Origin: Epiperipatus broadwayi
Lineage: Eukaryota; Animalia; Onychophora
DNA length: 64,000 nt
NCBI GenBank assembly: GCA_028023455.1
Contig: JAQFVV010000010.1
Location: 558,001 to 622,000 of the forward strand
Direction: 5' to 3'
The position numbers and the translations under genes were made by a program. The notes beneath the pieces are model-generated. The model ran no database searches. It saw only the letters and a program-made list of their open reading frames with translations, and was not told the DNA's origin. Of the stretch, positions 24,874 to 39,200 are shown piece after piece. How positions within the stretch are numbered: position 1 is the first letter of the stretch; the number at the start of each line of letters is the position of its first letter.

Positions 24874-26425
24874 AACTTATGCCACATGTGGCTGGTCACT
24901 GGTTGATGCTGCAGTACCATCAACAAGCCGCAAGAAGCATGCAAGGGATAAAAAATAATTAAAAAGTGCTGAAATCATCAAAGGAACAAAAAATTAAAAA
25001 AAACACTGAAATCATCGATGGAACAAAAAAAATCCCCTGAAATCATTGATGGAACAATAAATACATTTTAAAAACCCTGAAATCATTGATGCCCCCCCCC
25101 CAAAGAAGAATTTCTATCCCAAAATAGCTAAAATGGACAAATTACAATGAGTAAACTGCACAATTTCTTCTAAAATACAAATTTAAAAAAAAAAAAACAA
25201 GAAATGGCCATGAAATTCGAATTACCACAAAAACAGTAAAACTATGTCTAAAAAATGAACAATGGCAGATGGGTCTTTATTAAAATGGTGTGTGAGTTAC
25301 CAAAGCAAAATTTCATTAATATTTAGCTTTCAAAATTTGCAAATATGCATCTGTGATCCCAAAGCATCGATTATATAAACTAAAAAGAACATTACACAAG
25401 AGATTCTTTTCATGAAATTTATTACACTTTGCTTTGAAGTAAGTCAAACATAGAGCCAAACCCCCCCCCCCAAATGAAGAATTTTTAACCAAAAGTAGCT
25501 AAAATGCACAATTAGAACTTCTCTGGTGTAATATTGTTATTGCTTTTTAGCATACATAAATCCCTCCTTTGAAATGTGATGGCAAAGGCATATTTGAAAA
25601 TATTGAAAGTCTTTTATTTCTTTAATTAAACAGTGATGAAATTTAGTATATTTTTTTGAAAACTATGTCATCCCATATTATCAATTAATGAGGCTTCATT
25701 ACTTTTTTAGACATTTACATTATAGTTTTACTGTTTTTGTTGTAATTTGAATTCCATAGAGTTTTCTTGTTTTGTTTTTTAATTTGTATTTTAGAAGGAA
25801 GTGCAATTTAGTCATTTCAATTTGTCCATTTCAGCTACTTTTGGTTAGAAATTCTTCATTGGGGGGGGGGGTCGATTTTACATTTGACTTATTTCAAAGC
25901 AGAGTATAATTAATTTCATAAATAGAATCTCTTATGTAATGTTTTTTTTAGTTTATATAATCGATACTTTGGGATTGCAGATGCATATTTGCAAATTTTG
26001 AATGCTAAATATTGATGAAATTCTGATTTGGTAACTTGTGCACCATTTTAATGAAAAGCCATCTGCCATTGTTCATTTTTAGACAAAGTTTTACTGTTTT
26101 TTGTGGTAATTCAAATTTCATAGCCTTTTATTGTTTTGTTTTTTTAAATTTGTATTTTAGAAGGAATTGCATGATTTACTCATTGTAATTTGTCCATTTT
26201 AGCTATTTTTGGATAGAAATTCTTCTTTTGGGGGGAGGGTGTCAATGATTTCAGGATTGTTTTTTATTTATTTGTTGTTCCATCGATGATTTCAGGGTAT
26301 TTTGTTTTTATTTTTTGTTTTTTCAATGATTTCAGCATTTTTTTTTTTTTTTTATCACTTGCATGCTTCTTGCAGCTTGTTGATGGTACTTCAGCATCAC
26401 CCAGTGGCCACATGTGGTGTAAGTT
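24874..26425. mobile_element. Foldback-type non-autonomous element with ~640-730 bp modular TIRs
   Basis: 24874-~25515 is the diverged reverse complement of ~25690-26425. Each arm has four ~35 bp CTGAAATCA(T/C)YGATGGAAC-like subrepeats and a ~370 bp periodic module marked by poly-C/poly-G runs (25092 and 25461; 25861 and 26230). The centre is ~175 bp of unique sequence. No ORF; no TSD found. Confidence 0.8.
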
Positions 26426-27720
26426 CTATCAAAAAATGTATATAATAATATTTTATAGTATATGTTTGGGAATTAATATTTAATTATGAAATTAATATAT
26501 TATTGTAATATTTGATTTCATATTATGTTTTCTGAAAAAAAGAAATACATGGGGCTTTTTATATTATTATTATTATTGTAACTAATTTATTTGCAATATT
26601 ATATAATTATTGGAAATAATATGTCAAAAAATGTATAAGTTTATGCTTTATGAAATCTTATTTAAAATATTGTCCTGTGTGATTCAATGCAGATGTAGAA
26701 TACCAAACCCTGCATTTCGAAATACTGGGAATGTGTCTAGTTTTGTTACTTTTCAATGCTTGAATATCTTATAAACTGTCAAGCAATAAAGCCATTCAAT
26801 TTTTTTATATTTAAATATAAAAGATACAATTAAAAAAGATGAAACTTATATATTATTTTATAAAGAAAAAAGAAAGTAATATTCTGAGTTACTATTAATG
26901 TATCAAACTAACATCTAGTAAAGTCACAAGTAAACCATCAAGTAGTCATAAAATAAGTATTTCAAAATGGTAAATTAAAACATATGAGTTGAAATGTTAG
27001 AATTTTCATTAAATGTAAACTTTATATCAATGCTTTAATTATATCATAGGAGAAAGGTCTTTTTTTCAATTGCTAATGATTTAACAATATGAAATGTAAA
27101 GCATAAAAAAAAAATAAACCTTAATAAATAAATATTGACATGGTCTTTACTGATGTACTATTATCAATGGTCGATATTGTACTTATTCCATGTACTTCTC
27201 ATCTCAAAGATGACTGTTTTAATTGATAATATTATTAGTTAAATCAATAATTTTACAAGAGTATATTTAATTTTAGGAGTTCTAAACATTTTATATATAT
27301 TTTAAAAAACTCTAACTTAGTTTCAAAGTGATTTTCCGATGCATATTTTATAATCTAATATATTGATAAAATATAAAATGTTGTTTTAGCTTTTAAATTT
27401 ATGGGAATAATGGTGAAGATCCAGAAATGATTCTGCAAGTTTATATTATTCATACAACTTAGTTAAATAATGGAAAATATTGTGAAGTGACTCTTTAAAG
27501 ATCTATTATAAGATTTAAAATGCTATAAGAATTATAGATACTATAAAGAATTTTAAAAATGGTGACTAAAATACAAATTAATTACTTTTAATTTTATTAC
27601 ACATTAACAATAATCTCAAATGCTCATTTAAGTGGAATCATTGTTTATATTGTTGTATGGTTATGGACTGTCATGCACGATGATGACTATGACTAAAGTT
27701 TGATAAATTTAATGTACTGA

Positions 27721-27937
27721 TTTTTTTTAAATATTTACATGTTCTTGATTTAAAAGCATTTAAAAATAACTATATTATTATTATTGTGACATTTAGAAAG
27801 GCAATTTTCTTATATGATTTATACTTGCTAAGTATAAATCATATAAGAAAATTGCCTTTTAAAATCTCACAATAATAATAATACAATTCTTTTTAAATGC
27901 TTTTAAATCAAGAACAACATGTAAATATAAAAAAAAA
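27721..27937. repeat. Palindrome with ~105 bp arms and a 3-nt loop
   Basis: Perfect core AAGGCAATTTTCTTATATGATTTATACTT-GCT-AAGTATAAATCATATAAGAAAATTGCCTT (loop 27827-27829); pairing continues imperfectly outward. Confidence 0.9.
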
Positions 27938-30017
27938 GTTTAGACTTTAATGTAGATGTATAAATAAATAGATATGCCCATCAAACTACATAATTTGTTG
28001 TTACAACTTGCATAAACAAAATATCTTTAAGTTAATTCATACCCCTCTGCTTTGATAAACTTTATTCAGCTTTACAAAACTTTCATATATTACATAGGGT
28101 AAATAAAATAGAAATTAACAGTATTAATAATTGTTCTCATAATTTATCATTTTGGTATTTTGTGAAAGAACATGAAAATTAGTAGTATTAGAGTTTAGAT
28201 TTAATTTTTTTTTTTTTTCTTTGTTTATTTAATACATTTCTTATTACAAATGTTTTACTTATTCAGTAATTTGTAACAATTGTTTTTTTAATATGTCTGA
28301 AGTTAATATATGTTGATAAAAACAAAACAATATATCATGAGAGGAAGTATGTTGTGAACACTTGCACAGATATAGATATAAAAGATAATATTTATTAGGT
28401 GTGAAATGAATCTATGTAATGAACTAGAAAAAATAAATTAAAGAAAATCATCAAGAGAAAGTGTCCATATATTCATGTTTTTATATTTAAATTAGGCTAG
28501 TTTAATGATATTCAATGAAGTTTATAAGATGCTCTCTGATTTGATTCCACCCAGGTGAGAATAACATAAGCTTTATTATCACTCATTATGTTGATATTAT
28601 CATCACCATCAATCTGACCACCTTACATATAATTTTAGTAGTTATTGTGAAATGATTAGTGACTTTTACAATATGTGTGTGGGGGGGGAGGGGATATGAT
28701 TTTTTTTTTTAAATGATCCCTAGAAAAAAATTAAATATATGTATTTTTGTAAAATCATCCCAAAAAGAATTAATAATGTGAATTGACAAGGAAAGCTATA
28801 GAAGAGAATAAAAGTCTCAAAGTATTAAACAATATCTTGGTATTAAAAAGAAATTTTTTCTGCAGTAAAAAGAAAAGATGTAACTGTAACTAAAACACAG
28901 ATGACATCATAAAATGTGTGAAAAACTTTTAGAAATAATAAAAAGCAAACAAACAAAAAAAAAAGTAGTCTTTACAGTTATTAAAACTTCTTTATTAACT
29001 TATTTACAGTGAACTTTGGAATTTAATACAATATGTTTAAACAAATAAAATGATGATGTTAACATAAAGCAGGCCAATTTTAAGGCCATCTCAATCCTCT
29101 TATCTAAGTATATTTTGTAAATAATATTTACACAATATATATCATAAATAATGATATGGAAATATACTTCCTATTTTTTATAGTGTATTATTTTTTAAAT
29201 AAATAACATGTTTCACTACACTAACTCATCATCCCCGTTTTGTTTTGCTATTGACAATTAGTATTTAGAACTTTTTTTATGCACTCATCAGAACTTCTGT
29301 TAATATAAGTTGCAGTCTATAGAATACTGAAACATATTTTAATTCTTTATAGAAATATGATTTCAGCGAAATACCATTGCATAAATATGTCACTAATTTC
29401 AATAAGAAATTACTCCATAATAATATTAATGTTGGGGGGAAAAATAGAATACTATACCCAATGATTCTCAAGTCTTCCAAACACACAAAGAAACTCTGTT
29501 CTAACAATTATACTTTCCCCATGCCTTAATCATATTATAAACAACATTATGGATAAAATGAGCTTTATGGGCAAGGCTTATGGACTTATGGTTCCAAAAT
29601 AAAATATAGTGAAAAGATTGCAATGGCATTTACTATAATGAAAATGAAAACTAGTTAGAATTATATAATAACACAAAACATTCAGTTGTATAATAAATTT
29701 TAAAAAAATTTTTTTCATTATAATTAAAATATTTTGATTGCCTAAACAAAATATTTGCAAGAAATATAGCAATAGCCATAACAATAAAATCGTAATTCAT
29801 CACTAACATATTTAATGCAATTCTCTAGTTATCCAATTGCAACAGATATTTATTGCATTTTAATTCTCAATTTTAGAATAACCAACAAAACTTTATGCTT
29901 ATTAAAAATTTTCTAGTCAATTGCTTTGGGAAGTCAAATATTGTTTAAGCAATGAAATAACAAACTGGACACAAGGCAATTGACTAAATATATTTATCAC
30001 TATTTTTTTTCTCATTT

Positions 30018-30725
30018 GAGGGAATGCTCAAAGCCCACCTGAACCAACTAATGAGTGCTGGTTTAGCACAATATACGGATATTGGTGATTATTTATCTTT
30101 TCAACATTATGTGATCAAAGGTATCAGTGGTATGAGATGGCATGGATGGTTGAGGGTCATGTGAAAATCTGAGTTCAACCTCCTATATATTACATATAGA
30201 AGTGCAGGTATGAAAAAACCTGTACTGTAGAAAAAATTCATATTTCAAAATATAGTACTTTAAAGTCTGCCCATCCCTCATATATGTATGAAAATGGATT
30301 ATGTCCTGTACATAAGAGGTCAGAGTGACTTGTGGTTCACATGGGTAGGATGGGAAGGTTGGCACTAAGATGGGCTTTGAGCATTCCATCATCAGATTTC
30401 AATGAAATGGGTTGTTGAAAAGTTGTGGGGTGGTTTGAAGCCTATCCATTAAAGTATGAAAATTGGCTATCCTAATATAAGCTGAGCTTTGATTCATACA
30501 TGTGTGGAGATGATAATCTGAACCAACTGACGAGTGTTGGTTTAGCACAAAATACATATTTGGAGATTATTTATCTTTTCTACATGTGTGTGATCAAGTA
30601 TATCAGCAGTATAAGATAGCATGGATGGTTGAAGGTCATGTGAAAGTCTGAGTTCAAACCCCCTATATATTGCATATAGAAGAGCAGGTATGAAAAAAAA
30701 CTGTATTGTAGAAAAAATTCATATT
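30018..30725 (+). mobile_element. Tandem 1.4x copy of the hammerhead-bearing repeat (479-bp period) with an inverted 5' piece
   Basis: 30039-~30245 recurs at 30518-30725. Decayed hammerhead cores at 30048 (CTAATGA) and 30527 (CTGACGA). 30018-30037 is the reverse complement of 30371-30390. Confidence 0.85.
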
Positions 30726-31959
30726 ACTTAATTTTATATTCAATATGAAATATCTTTAACTATCACAATGTTTCCTATTCACTATTTCATTTAGATTATG
30801 TGCAATAATATTCAAATATATTTAATTATTATAACGCATGTGTGGTTAGGATGATGCATAATGACTTGGAAATAACAAGAAAAGACTATATATACTTTCT
30901 TATTTATAAAACAACATTAACAGTTTATTATTAACAACAATATAAAATTAAAAAAAAAAAATACAAATATATTTTTCAAAAAATATTGAACAGATTATTA
31001 AATTTAAAAATTAACATTAAAAAAAAATACTTATAAAAGAAGTAAATAATTTCCATTTTAAAATTATTTATTATTATAAGAAAGTATGTTTCACCTGAAT
31101 AAAGTATGTTTCACCTGAATTTTGTGATTATTCCAATAATTCCATAATAATTTTATACTAAAACAAACATATCAATAATGTAGACAACTTATATGTTATC
31201 ATCTTTTACATTTTTTTTAAAATTCTCCTATCATTATTTATTTACATTGAATATTTGATAATAGGATAACCTAATTATAACTCTATAACTTGCTATCTGC
31301 TCTATGTTTATTCTTAATTATAAAATAAACATAATTTTTTAAATATTAAGTATGATATGGTATTCTTTTATATTATTTATAATAATATACATCACAATCA
31401 GACTTTATTTTCATCATCACATTTCATATCATTCCAATATTCATTCTATAATGTTTTCTAAAAAGTTTGAATATAAAAACATTCATCAAATCTTTATTTA
31501 AACACTGTCTTAATATTTTATTTGTTCCATATTTAACTCTTTTTACATTAAATAAATTCTTGTCATCTTTTGTATTCTAGCTATTATTTTTTGCTCAACT
31601 ATACAATTTTCTAATATGATGTTGGGACCAGTATGATATTAGTGATTATGAATAAGTGTTGGACATTTTCTAGAACTATAAGAAATAATGCTATCATGGA
31701 TATGCAAAAAGCCACATTTTGCTTGTGTTTACCTTAATTTCTATCTTGACTTCTCTTTAAGCTCTTACAGCTTTACAAAAAATATTATTGTCCATGTATC
31801 ACAAATATGCTGTCTTACTTTAACTGTATTATAGTTAACATTAAATATATCTTTATCACTACATGATTTCTTAATAAACTACTTTCCTGAATTACTAATT
31901 GTCTATAAAAACACTCTGTATCAATTCTAAAAAACATTGTGGATAAATACTTTACATCT

Positions 31960-33590
31960 TCTCTTAACCTCTTCATGTTTAAGCTCGCACAATGCGGGCA
32001 ATGATTTTCAAATTATAAACATCTGGGTTGAGGTTAAGATTAATAGAAATCTATGCAGGCTATGCATATGCTTTTTACACCTTCATTTTCATCTTTCTCT
32101 CTACTTTACAGAAAGGTAAATTTTACTTTTCTATGATAAAAAAAATTTTATGATAATTTTTGTGATCAAGTAGATTTAATTTTTTTGTCTTTCTCTCATT
32201 TTTTTGATAGTTACTGGAGAACATTTCAGTGTGAAAAATATATCAGTAAAAAGTTTTACTTTTTCCATTATATTTTGAAGACAATGTATGAAGACCTAAT
32301 GATAAGTATTTTTATTTTTCTGTATTTTATTATTAGTATTTTATTATGCTTTTTAATTATTATTTTATTACATATTTTTTAATTATTGTTTATATATATA
32401 TATGTGATTTAAAAAAAACCCAAAAAATTACTATTGAAACTAACATAAAAAAAAAGATCATGATTATCAGCATTTTTTTCTACAATGTGAACTTGGGTGG
32501 ATGGAGTATTTGAATTAATTGATATGAGACAAAAATAAATATATTTTGGAAATATAATGACCTGATTTAGATTTTTCTATAATTTCTTGTATGCATTTTA
32601 ATAATAATAAAAATACTTAAATACTAAAAGTAATGATTTTGACATTACATAAACTTAGGCCGATTATAGACTATTGCAATATAAATTTCAAAGCTGCATA
32701 TTTTTTAATTAATATTTTATTCATATATACTATACATATATTTGATAAAAATATATATGAAAAAATTACCATTGAAGCTAACATAAAAAAATAGCTCATG
32801 ATTGTGTACATTTATATCTGAATTATCTGCATTTTTTGATATGATGTGAATTTGGATGAGTATTTAAATTAATTGATATGAGACGAAGATGAACATATTT
32901 TGGAAATATAATGACCTGATTTAGATGTTTCTATAATTTCTTGTCTGCATTTTAATAATAATAAAAATATTTAAATGCTAAAAGTAACGATTTTGGCAGT
33001 GTATATATATATAAACTACAAACTTATGTACCTCAAGCTTAACTCTATAATAAATTTAGTATTTCATTCTTTTTATTTTATTTTATTTTGTATATATAAT
33101 GACTATTTTAGTAGTACTTTTTAATAAATTACAAACTGTATTGAAGTTCTTTATTATAATATTCAAATTATACTAATTATTGATCAATATTAACTACTTG
33201 TTATAAAGGATGTTACTAGGAATGACTTATACATTGCAAACCCTGTGTGGAAATACATTTTGAAAGGATACTGAGAAAATTGAAAGGTACTAATTTTTTT
33301 AAAAATTTATGATGAATCCAACTAACCTACTAACAAAAATATAATTTTAATTTGTATGCATGATAATGTAGGATTTATAAAATAATATTAAAATAATTAT
33401 TAGAAATATTAACTTTTATTCTTTTTTTTATTACTTTGAATATCAATGACTATATTTTTTTCAGTTTAATTACATTTTTTGGTGTTTCATCTTTAAAACA
33501 ATATATGTCATTTTTATTAATAAAACTTAAAGTTATGATAAAATTTGTGGCTTAGCATAATTTTTTAAAATATGCAATATGGCTGCTTGA
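31960..33590. repeat. Dispersed repeat, present inverted at ~51050-52074 plus 59657-60150; contains an internal ~340 bp tandem duplication (32425-32745 / 32762-33005)
   Basis: For example GGAATGACTTATACATTGCAAACCCTGTGTGGAAATACATTTTGAA (33219) versus the reverse complement of 51437-51483, and TTTTACACCTTCATTTTCATC (32073) versus the reverse complements near 59965 and 60045. Confidence 0.8.
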
Positions 33591-36249
33591 AAGTGAAAAT
33601 GTTAAAATAATATCTATAATTTACCAATGCATACCTTGGACACCAAGAAGATTAACATAAAACAAACAAATGGTTTATGATATTCATCTTATCATAAGTA
33701 CACTAAGTTGATTTCTTTTAACTTATTCAGAGATGAATTATTCATACATTTTATAATCATAATAAATATTCTACATATTTATTTTATCTGAATTTTTGTT
33801 TGCATTATTTAATATCAATATCTTTTACTAAACCATAGTAAATTAAAGTTAACATAATAATATATTCTTATGATTATTATTGATGATTCACTAGTTGATA
33901 TAAATTTTTGACATTATAAACTCAATAAACAAAAAAAGAAATTATTTTCCTTTTTTTATATTAAAAATTTTAAAAATATTTGTCTTAAAATTATTAAAAT
34001 ATTCACAATAATTATAAATACTAATATTATCTTAAAGACTATATCATATTACAATAAAGAAAAAATTCATTCATTTCTAGAACTGAATAGAATATTTTCA
34101 AAGGAGAAGCCTGGTTTCTATGATGACCAATTACTTAAACAGAAAGAGAATTTTTCTTATCTTTCCTCCATGTTTTTTCACTGTTGTTTGCACTATGAAT
34201 AAAAAACAGTAAAAAAAAATCAAGGGAAATAACCAATAAAAATTCTTATAATACAAGTTCATTCTTCTTATATCACTGATAAAAATAAATTCCTTCACAT
34301 TAATAAATAAGTATTTATTGTTTAATAAGACATTGAAAACAAATTTAAAAAGTTTATTTTCTTCAGCATTAAACTATTTATTGAAAAATTATTCAGTTTT
34401 AGAAAGTTCTCCAAATTATTAACATTTAATATATTAATAATTCCAATAATGTTGCTAATAAGCATTTATTTTATATAGCGCTATGTTTATATATAATTGT
34501 AATACATTAAAAATTAGCCTTTTCAAGCTATTGTGCATGCGCTTTTTACGAGTGTTAATAATAAATGAATACTTTCATTCCCAACACAAGATATAGTATT
34601 TATGAAAGAACAAAATGAATCCACTTGTTCTTTCCAACCCAAATGCTTATATATGGGCAAATCTTAAGTACTGGAAATGAAAGTGTGAGGAAAAACCACT
34701 CACTTTAAATTACTGTTTATGATATCTGAATGAATGACATCGATGAAATTATCTGGAATTTACTAAATGTCACTCAGACTCATAAACTTTTAGACTCCTC
34801 CTCAAAATTATTCACATTTAGCAGTTAAAAACTTTAATAATGCTTATTAGTAACATAAAATTCTAGAGTTCTCCTGAATAATCCATATTTATCATGTTAA
34901 AACAATTACAAATTCTTACTTAAGCAGAACAACAGTTAGAAAATACCTTTTTACTAAAAAATAATACTATATCTTTCCTCTTAAAAATATTATCACTCTT
35001 CTAAAGTCACTCATAAATCTAAAATATGAAATGTAAATAGGTTTTCTGAATAAAGGTCCATTTTTATTACTCCTAATTGTTAAAATTAATGAAAAATGTT
35101 TTCTATTATTCAGCTTACAAACTTGAATAAATATAAATTCCTTATGTCTCCTTTGCATTGTTCCCTAGGCAAAAGAGTTTGATATTTGACAAAGTTTTTC
35201 ATCCAAATGCATTTTTATTTTCTGAAGTAGCTTTTTTACTTCCACTACTATAGATTCCTAGTTGGCTCATGCAGTATATCAATAAGAAATTTTATTTTTC
35301 TATTCCATGTTTAAATAAATATCTAAATTTTTAAAATACTTTCCATAGTTTTATAAGTTATTGTTACTATTTTTAAAAGTCAAAATAATAAAATTTAAAA
35401 TAAATTTAGGCTTAGATTTAAAAATAAATGGAATACAGTTTTATTCCTCTGAAAATTTTTTGATTTTACACTCCTTCACATCTGCTCACTTGTGTTTATA
35501 GAAAAAATTACCAATATCTGATTGATCCCTTAAATCCAAAGACTTGCTAAAATTTACATATTATTTTTGTCTATTTTTCTAAAATGATTTAATAATGAAT
35601 ATTATTAAATATATTTTTTAAATTTTATCAATGTAACATTTTATATATTTTAATAAAAAAAAAAACTTTTATTTAAACTTAACATTTTTTATACATAACA
35701 TTTATTATTTATGTTACTATAATAATTATTTTAGGCACTTGAAAAAGATTGATACAGTTGAATAAATTGTAACCTTTATTGTTTAAACAAGAAATAAATT
35801 TACTTTAAAAATAAGGAAGTAAAATTTAATTAATTGTTACATGCATGTGTGTGCACATATATCAACACACATTTTGTTTTCATTTATTTCATCATTATTT
35901 AAATAATTTAAGATAATAATTTTAATTAGACTGTTAATAATTACAAAAATATTGCTTTTAATCATTATAATTATTGATTTAAAATTATATTATATGGTTT
36001 TAATAATTATTCACTTTTATTTAACAATAAATAATACTTTATATTTCAATTTTATAACTTAAATTAAATTATATTGTTTTAAAGTAAATTAACTGAATTT
36101 TAATACTGAAGAAACTGTATCTTAACCTATTCCATAAATTAAATAATAAGTTAGTATCAAAAACAGGTTTATTCAACTATGTTTACAATAAAGAAAAAAT
36201 TATAAAATAACATTAAATTTGGCAATACATTTATAAACCATTAAATTGC

Positions 36250-39200
36250 TTAATGTCCAATATTAATAAGATTCCATGTGGAATTTACTATTAGGTGAGG
36301 AGCTAACTTCAAATCTCTTTCTTTGATATCTTTTAATTTTTGTAAAAAAAATAATGTTGGATCAGGTATAACAGACTTGAAGATTAGGAAGCATCTGACA
36401 AACCATAGACAGAAAGTGATGAAAGTTGCACTTATAATTGCAAAAACCCCATAAGCAAAACCTTTTATGAGTGTGTTGATAATTGGATGTTTTGGTGTAT
36501 AAATTTTATTAATCAATATTCTACAGCCCTGAAGAGAGGAACAATCGTTGAAAATGTGAAATATGGTATCATCCTCCCTATGGCAGAGTGAGCAAACAGG
36601 GTCCAAAGATGAAAAACCTCTATATATCACAAGAAAGTGGCTTGTTGGAAGGGCATTGAGATTTAGCTTTAGAAGAAAGTCCAAATATTTTGGCTCTAGA
36701 TTACATCTTTTATATTTCTTTATAATGGCAAAGTTTGTACAGGTGAGAATGCTATGATCTGGGATAATTGTTGAAAAAAAAAGAAGATAGGCATCCCAAT
36801 AACGAAGTTTCGTTGGTTTTATTTGAGTTAAAGGTGTGAGAATATTTGCAATGTCAATTAAAACTTGTATCAGCCAACCATCATTAATTGGAGGTGGAGT
36901 ATCTGTAGGATGAATAGATAGAAAAGGTGAGTCATCAGGAAAAATCCCATTAAGTCTTGTAATGAGGTTATTTGATTTCTGTAGACAAAGAACATGAAGT
37001 GAATGCAGTGACAAGCCATTAAGTCTTGTTGGTATCTGCACTCTTCTTAAGCTAATAGCAACAGTTTTATCCTTCCACATTAATCTAGAGCAAAGAGAGT
37101 TTATATTCTGGATAAATTTTGATGAGAATTTAATGAATGGCATGTAGTAAGCAATTCTGGGGAACAGTAACATGTTGAGTAGGGCTGCTTTTGCAAATAA
37201 TGATGTATAAACTTTTGAAAGTGAATCAATTATTTTTCTTGCAGAATTCATGATAGTGTCTTGTATTAATTTCCTCATTGCTGCATGAGAGAGACTCATT
37301 GGTAAGCCCAAAAATTTTTGTGGCTTAGCTGTGAAAAGGGATGGAATGAATTTTCCAGATGAAAGTCTCCATACAGCAGATTTTTTAAGGTTAAACACAA
37401 GACCTGACTATGGTGAAATTGTCCATAATTTGAATTAGTTTCGGTATGAATTTTCTAGATTGTAAGAACACTGCCACATCATCCATGTAGGATATGTGCT
37501 GAATGGATTTATTGATACCAGGAATGTACAATCCAGGAAGATTCATCTCTAAAGATTTAAGGAATGGATTTATATATAGAATGAAGAGTAAGGGACTAAG
37601 AGCAGAACCCTGTGGAATCGACTTGGTAGGTGTGAATGAGTTTGAAATTTTTCCATTTAATGAAATTGCAATATGTCTGTTTAATAGAAGGTTAGTAATG
37701 ATGTTCATTATACCTGTGGGAATGTTCAGACCACTTAGAAGATGTATTAGTTGAGGAATTCTGACTGAGTCAAAAGCAGCTGAAATATCAAGTTGGACAA
37801 CTATTGGCTTTGACTTTTTATTTTTTCTTGTATAATCCGTAATTAACCTGAATAGGCAGGGTGCCTCAGCTGTGGAACTACCTTTCTTTGCAAATTGAAA
37901 ACTAGAGATAAAAGGCAGAATGAGATTTTGAATTTTATCTTTGATAATTGCTTCAATCAGTTTAATAATCAATGGAGTCATCGAGATTGGTCTAAGGTTC
38001 TCCAGAGGCGATGGGATAATAGCACTCTTAAGAAATGGGACCATCGCAATGGGATAGAGTTGATCAATTGTAAGGAGACCTGAGGCAAGTAGATCAATCA
38101 TTCTACTCACTATTGGTACTGTGAAGGCTTCAAGATGTTTGAACATGAATTTTGGTATTCCATGGATTCCAGGGTGTATTCTATCAGGCATGGATGAGAG
38201 TTTAGCTCTAATATCATCATTACATATACCATGAATTGTCTCACAAGAATATATAGATGTATCAAGCACCAAATTCTGTGAAACATCTACTAGCTTGCAT
38301 TTATAATGATTTAAAATTTGTAAAATCATACTATTACCCGAGAAAATTATATTATTCACTGTGATTGCTGATGGAATTTTAGACTTACTTTGAAAACCCA
38401 TAGCCCACCTTATATATCCCCTTGAGAAGTTATGAGGTTTAGAGAGGTAAAGCCTCGCCTTTTTAGTAGCCAGATAGTCTATTAGGATTTGGTGCATCTC
38501 TACATATTGTTGCTTCAGGTCAATAATAACCTGTACAGATGCTGGTGTTGGAGATATATCTTTCAATGTTGTAATTAAGCTATCTGCTTTCTTAAGTAAC
38601 CCAATTGGCCCTTTATTCTTTCTGGTGTAATGAGAAATCAAAGAACTAAGAATATTTATAAAAGCAAACCAAGATTCAGCTGGTGGAAGAGCTAGGATGT
38701 CTATTTTCTTGAAAAAAATATAAGCTTCAGAGATAATCGCCTCTGGTGTAGCAGATTTTAGAAAAATTCTTATTGTAGATTTAAGGTGTACATAAGTTTG
38801 ATTGGGTAAGTCTAATGTCAGATCAAGCATAATAGCATGATGATCAGAGAAAGGTAATGGTTGTAAAGATGGATTGATGAAGAAGTGCAGTTCCGGAGAA
38901 TAATATAATAGGTCTATAAGAGAAGAAAATTTCTTTGTATAAAATGAACATGCATCATGTGGGAAAAAACCCTGTGCACACATGAAATGAGAATTTATAA
39001 GGTGTAAAAATTTTGAATTGAAACAGTCATAAATAGAGTTGAAGTCTCCAAGAAGAATTGTAGGAAAAGGATTTGAGATAAGTCCTAAATTAATGAGATG
39101 TATTTGATTATGAATGAGCCCAATATCTTTGTTTAAGTAGAGAAAAACTACATTGAATTTGAAAGAGTTTATACAAATGATTATAAAGATTAAATTAGAG

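Noticed and set aside
24950-25100. CRISPR-like array of ~35-bp spaced repeats
   Set aside because: The spacers are only A-rich linkers, there are no cas genes, the context is eukaryotic, and the repeats are mirrored in the opposite TIR of a foldback element.
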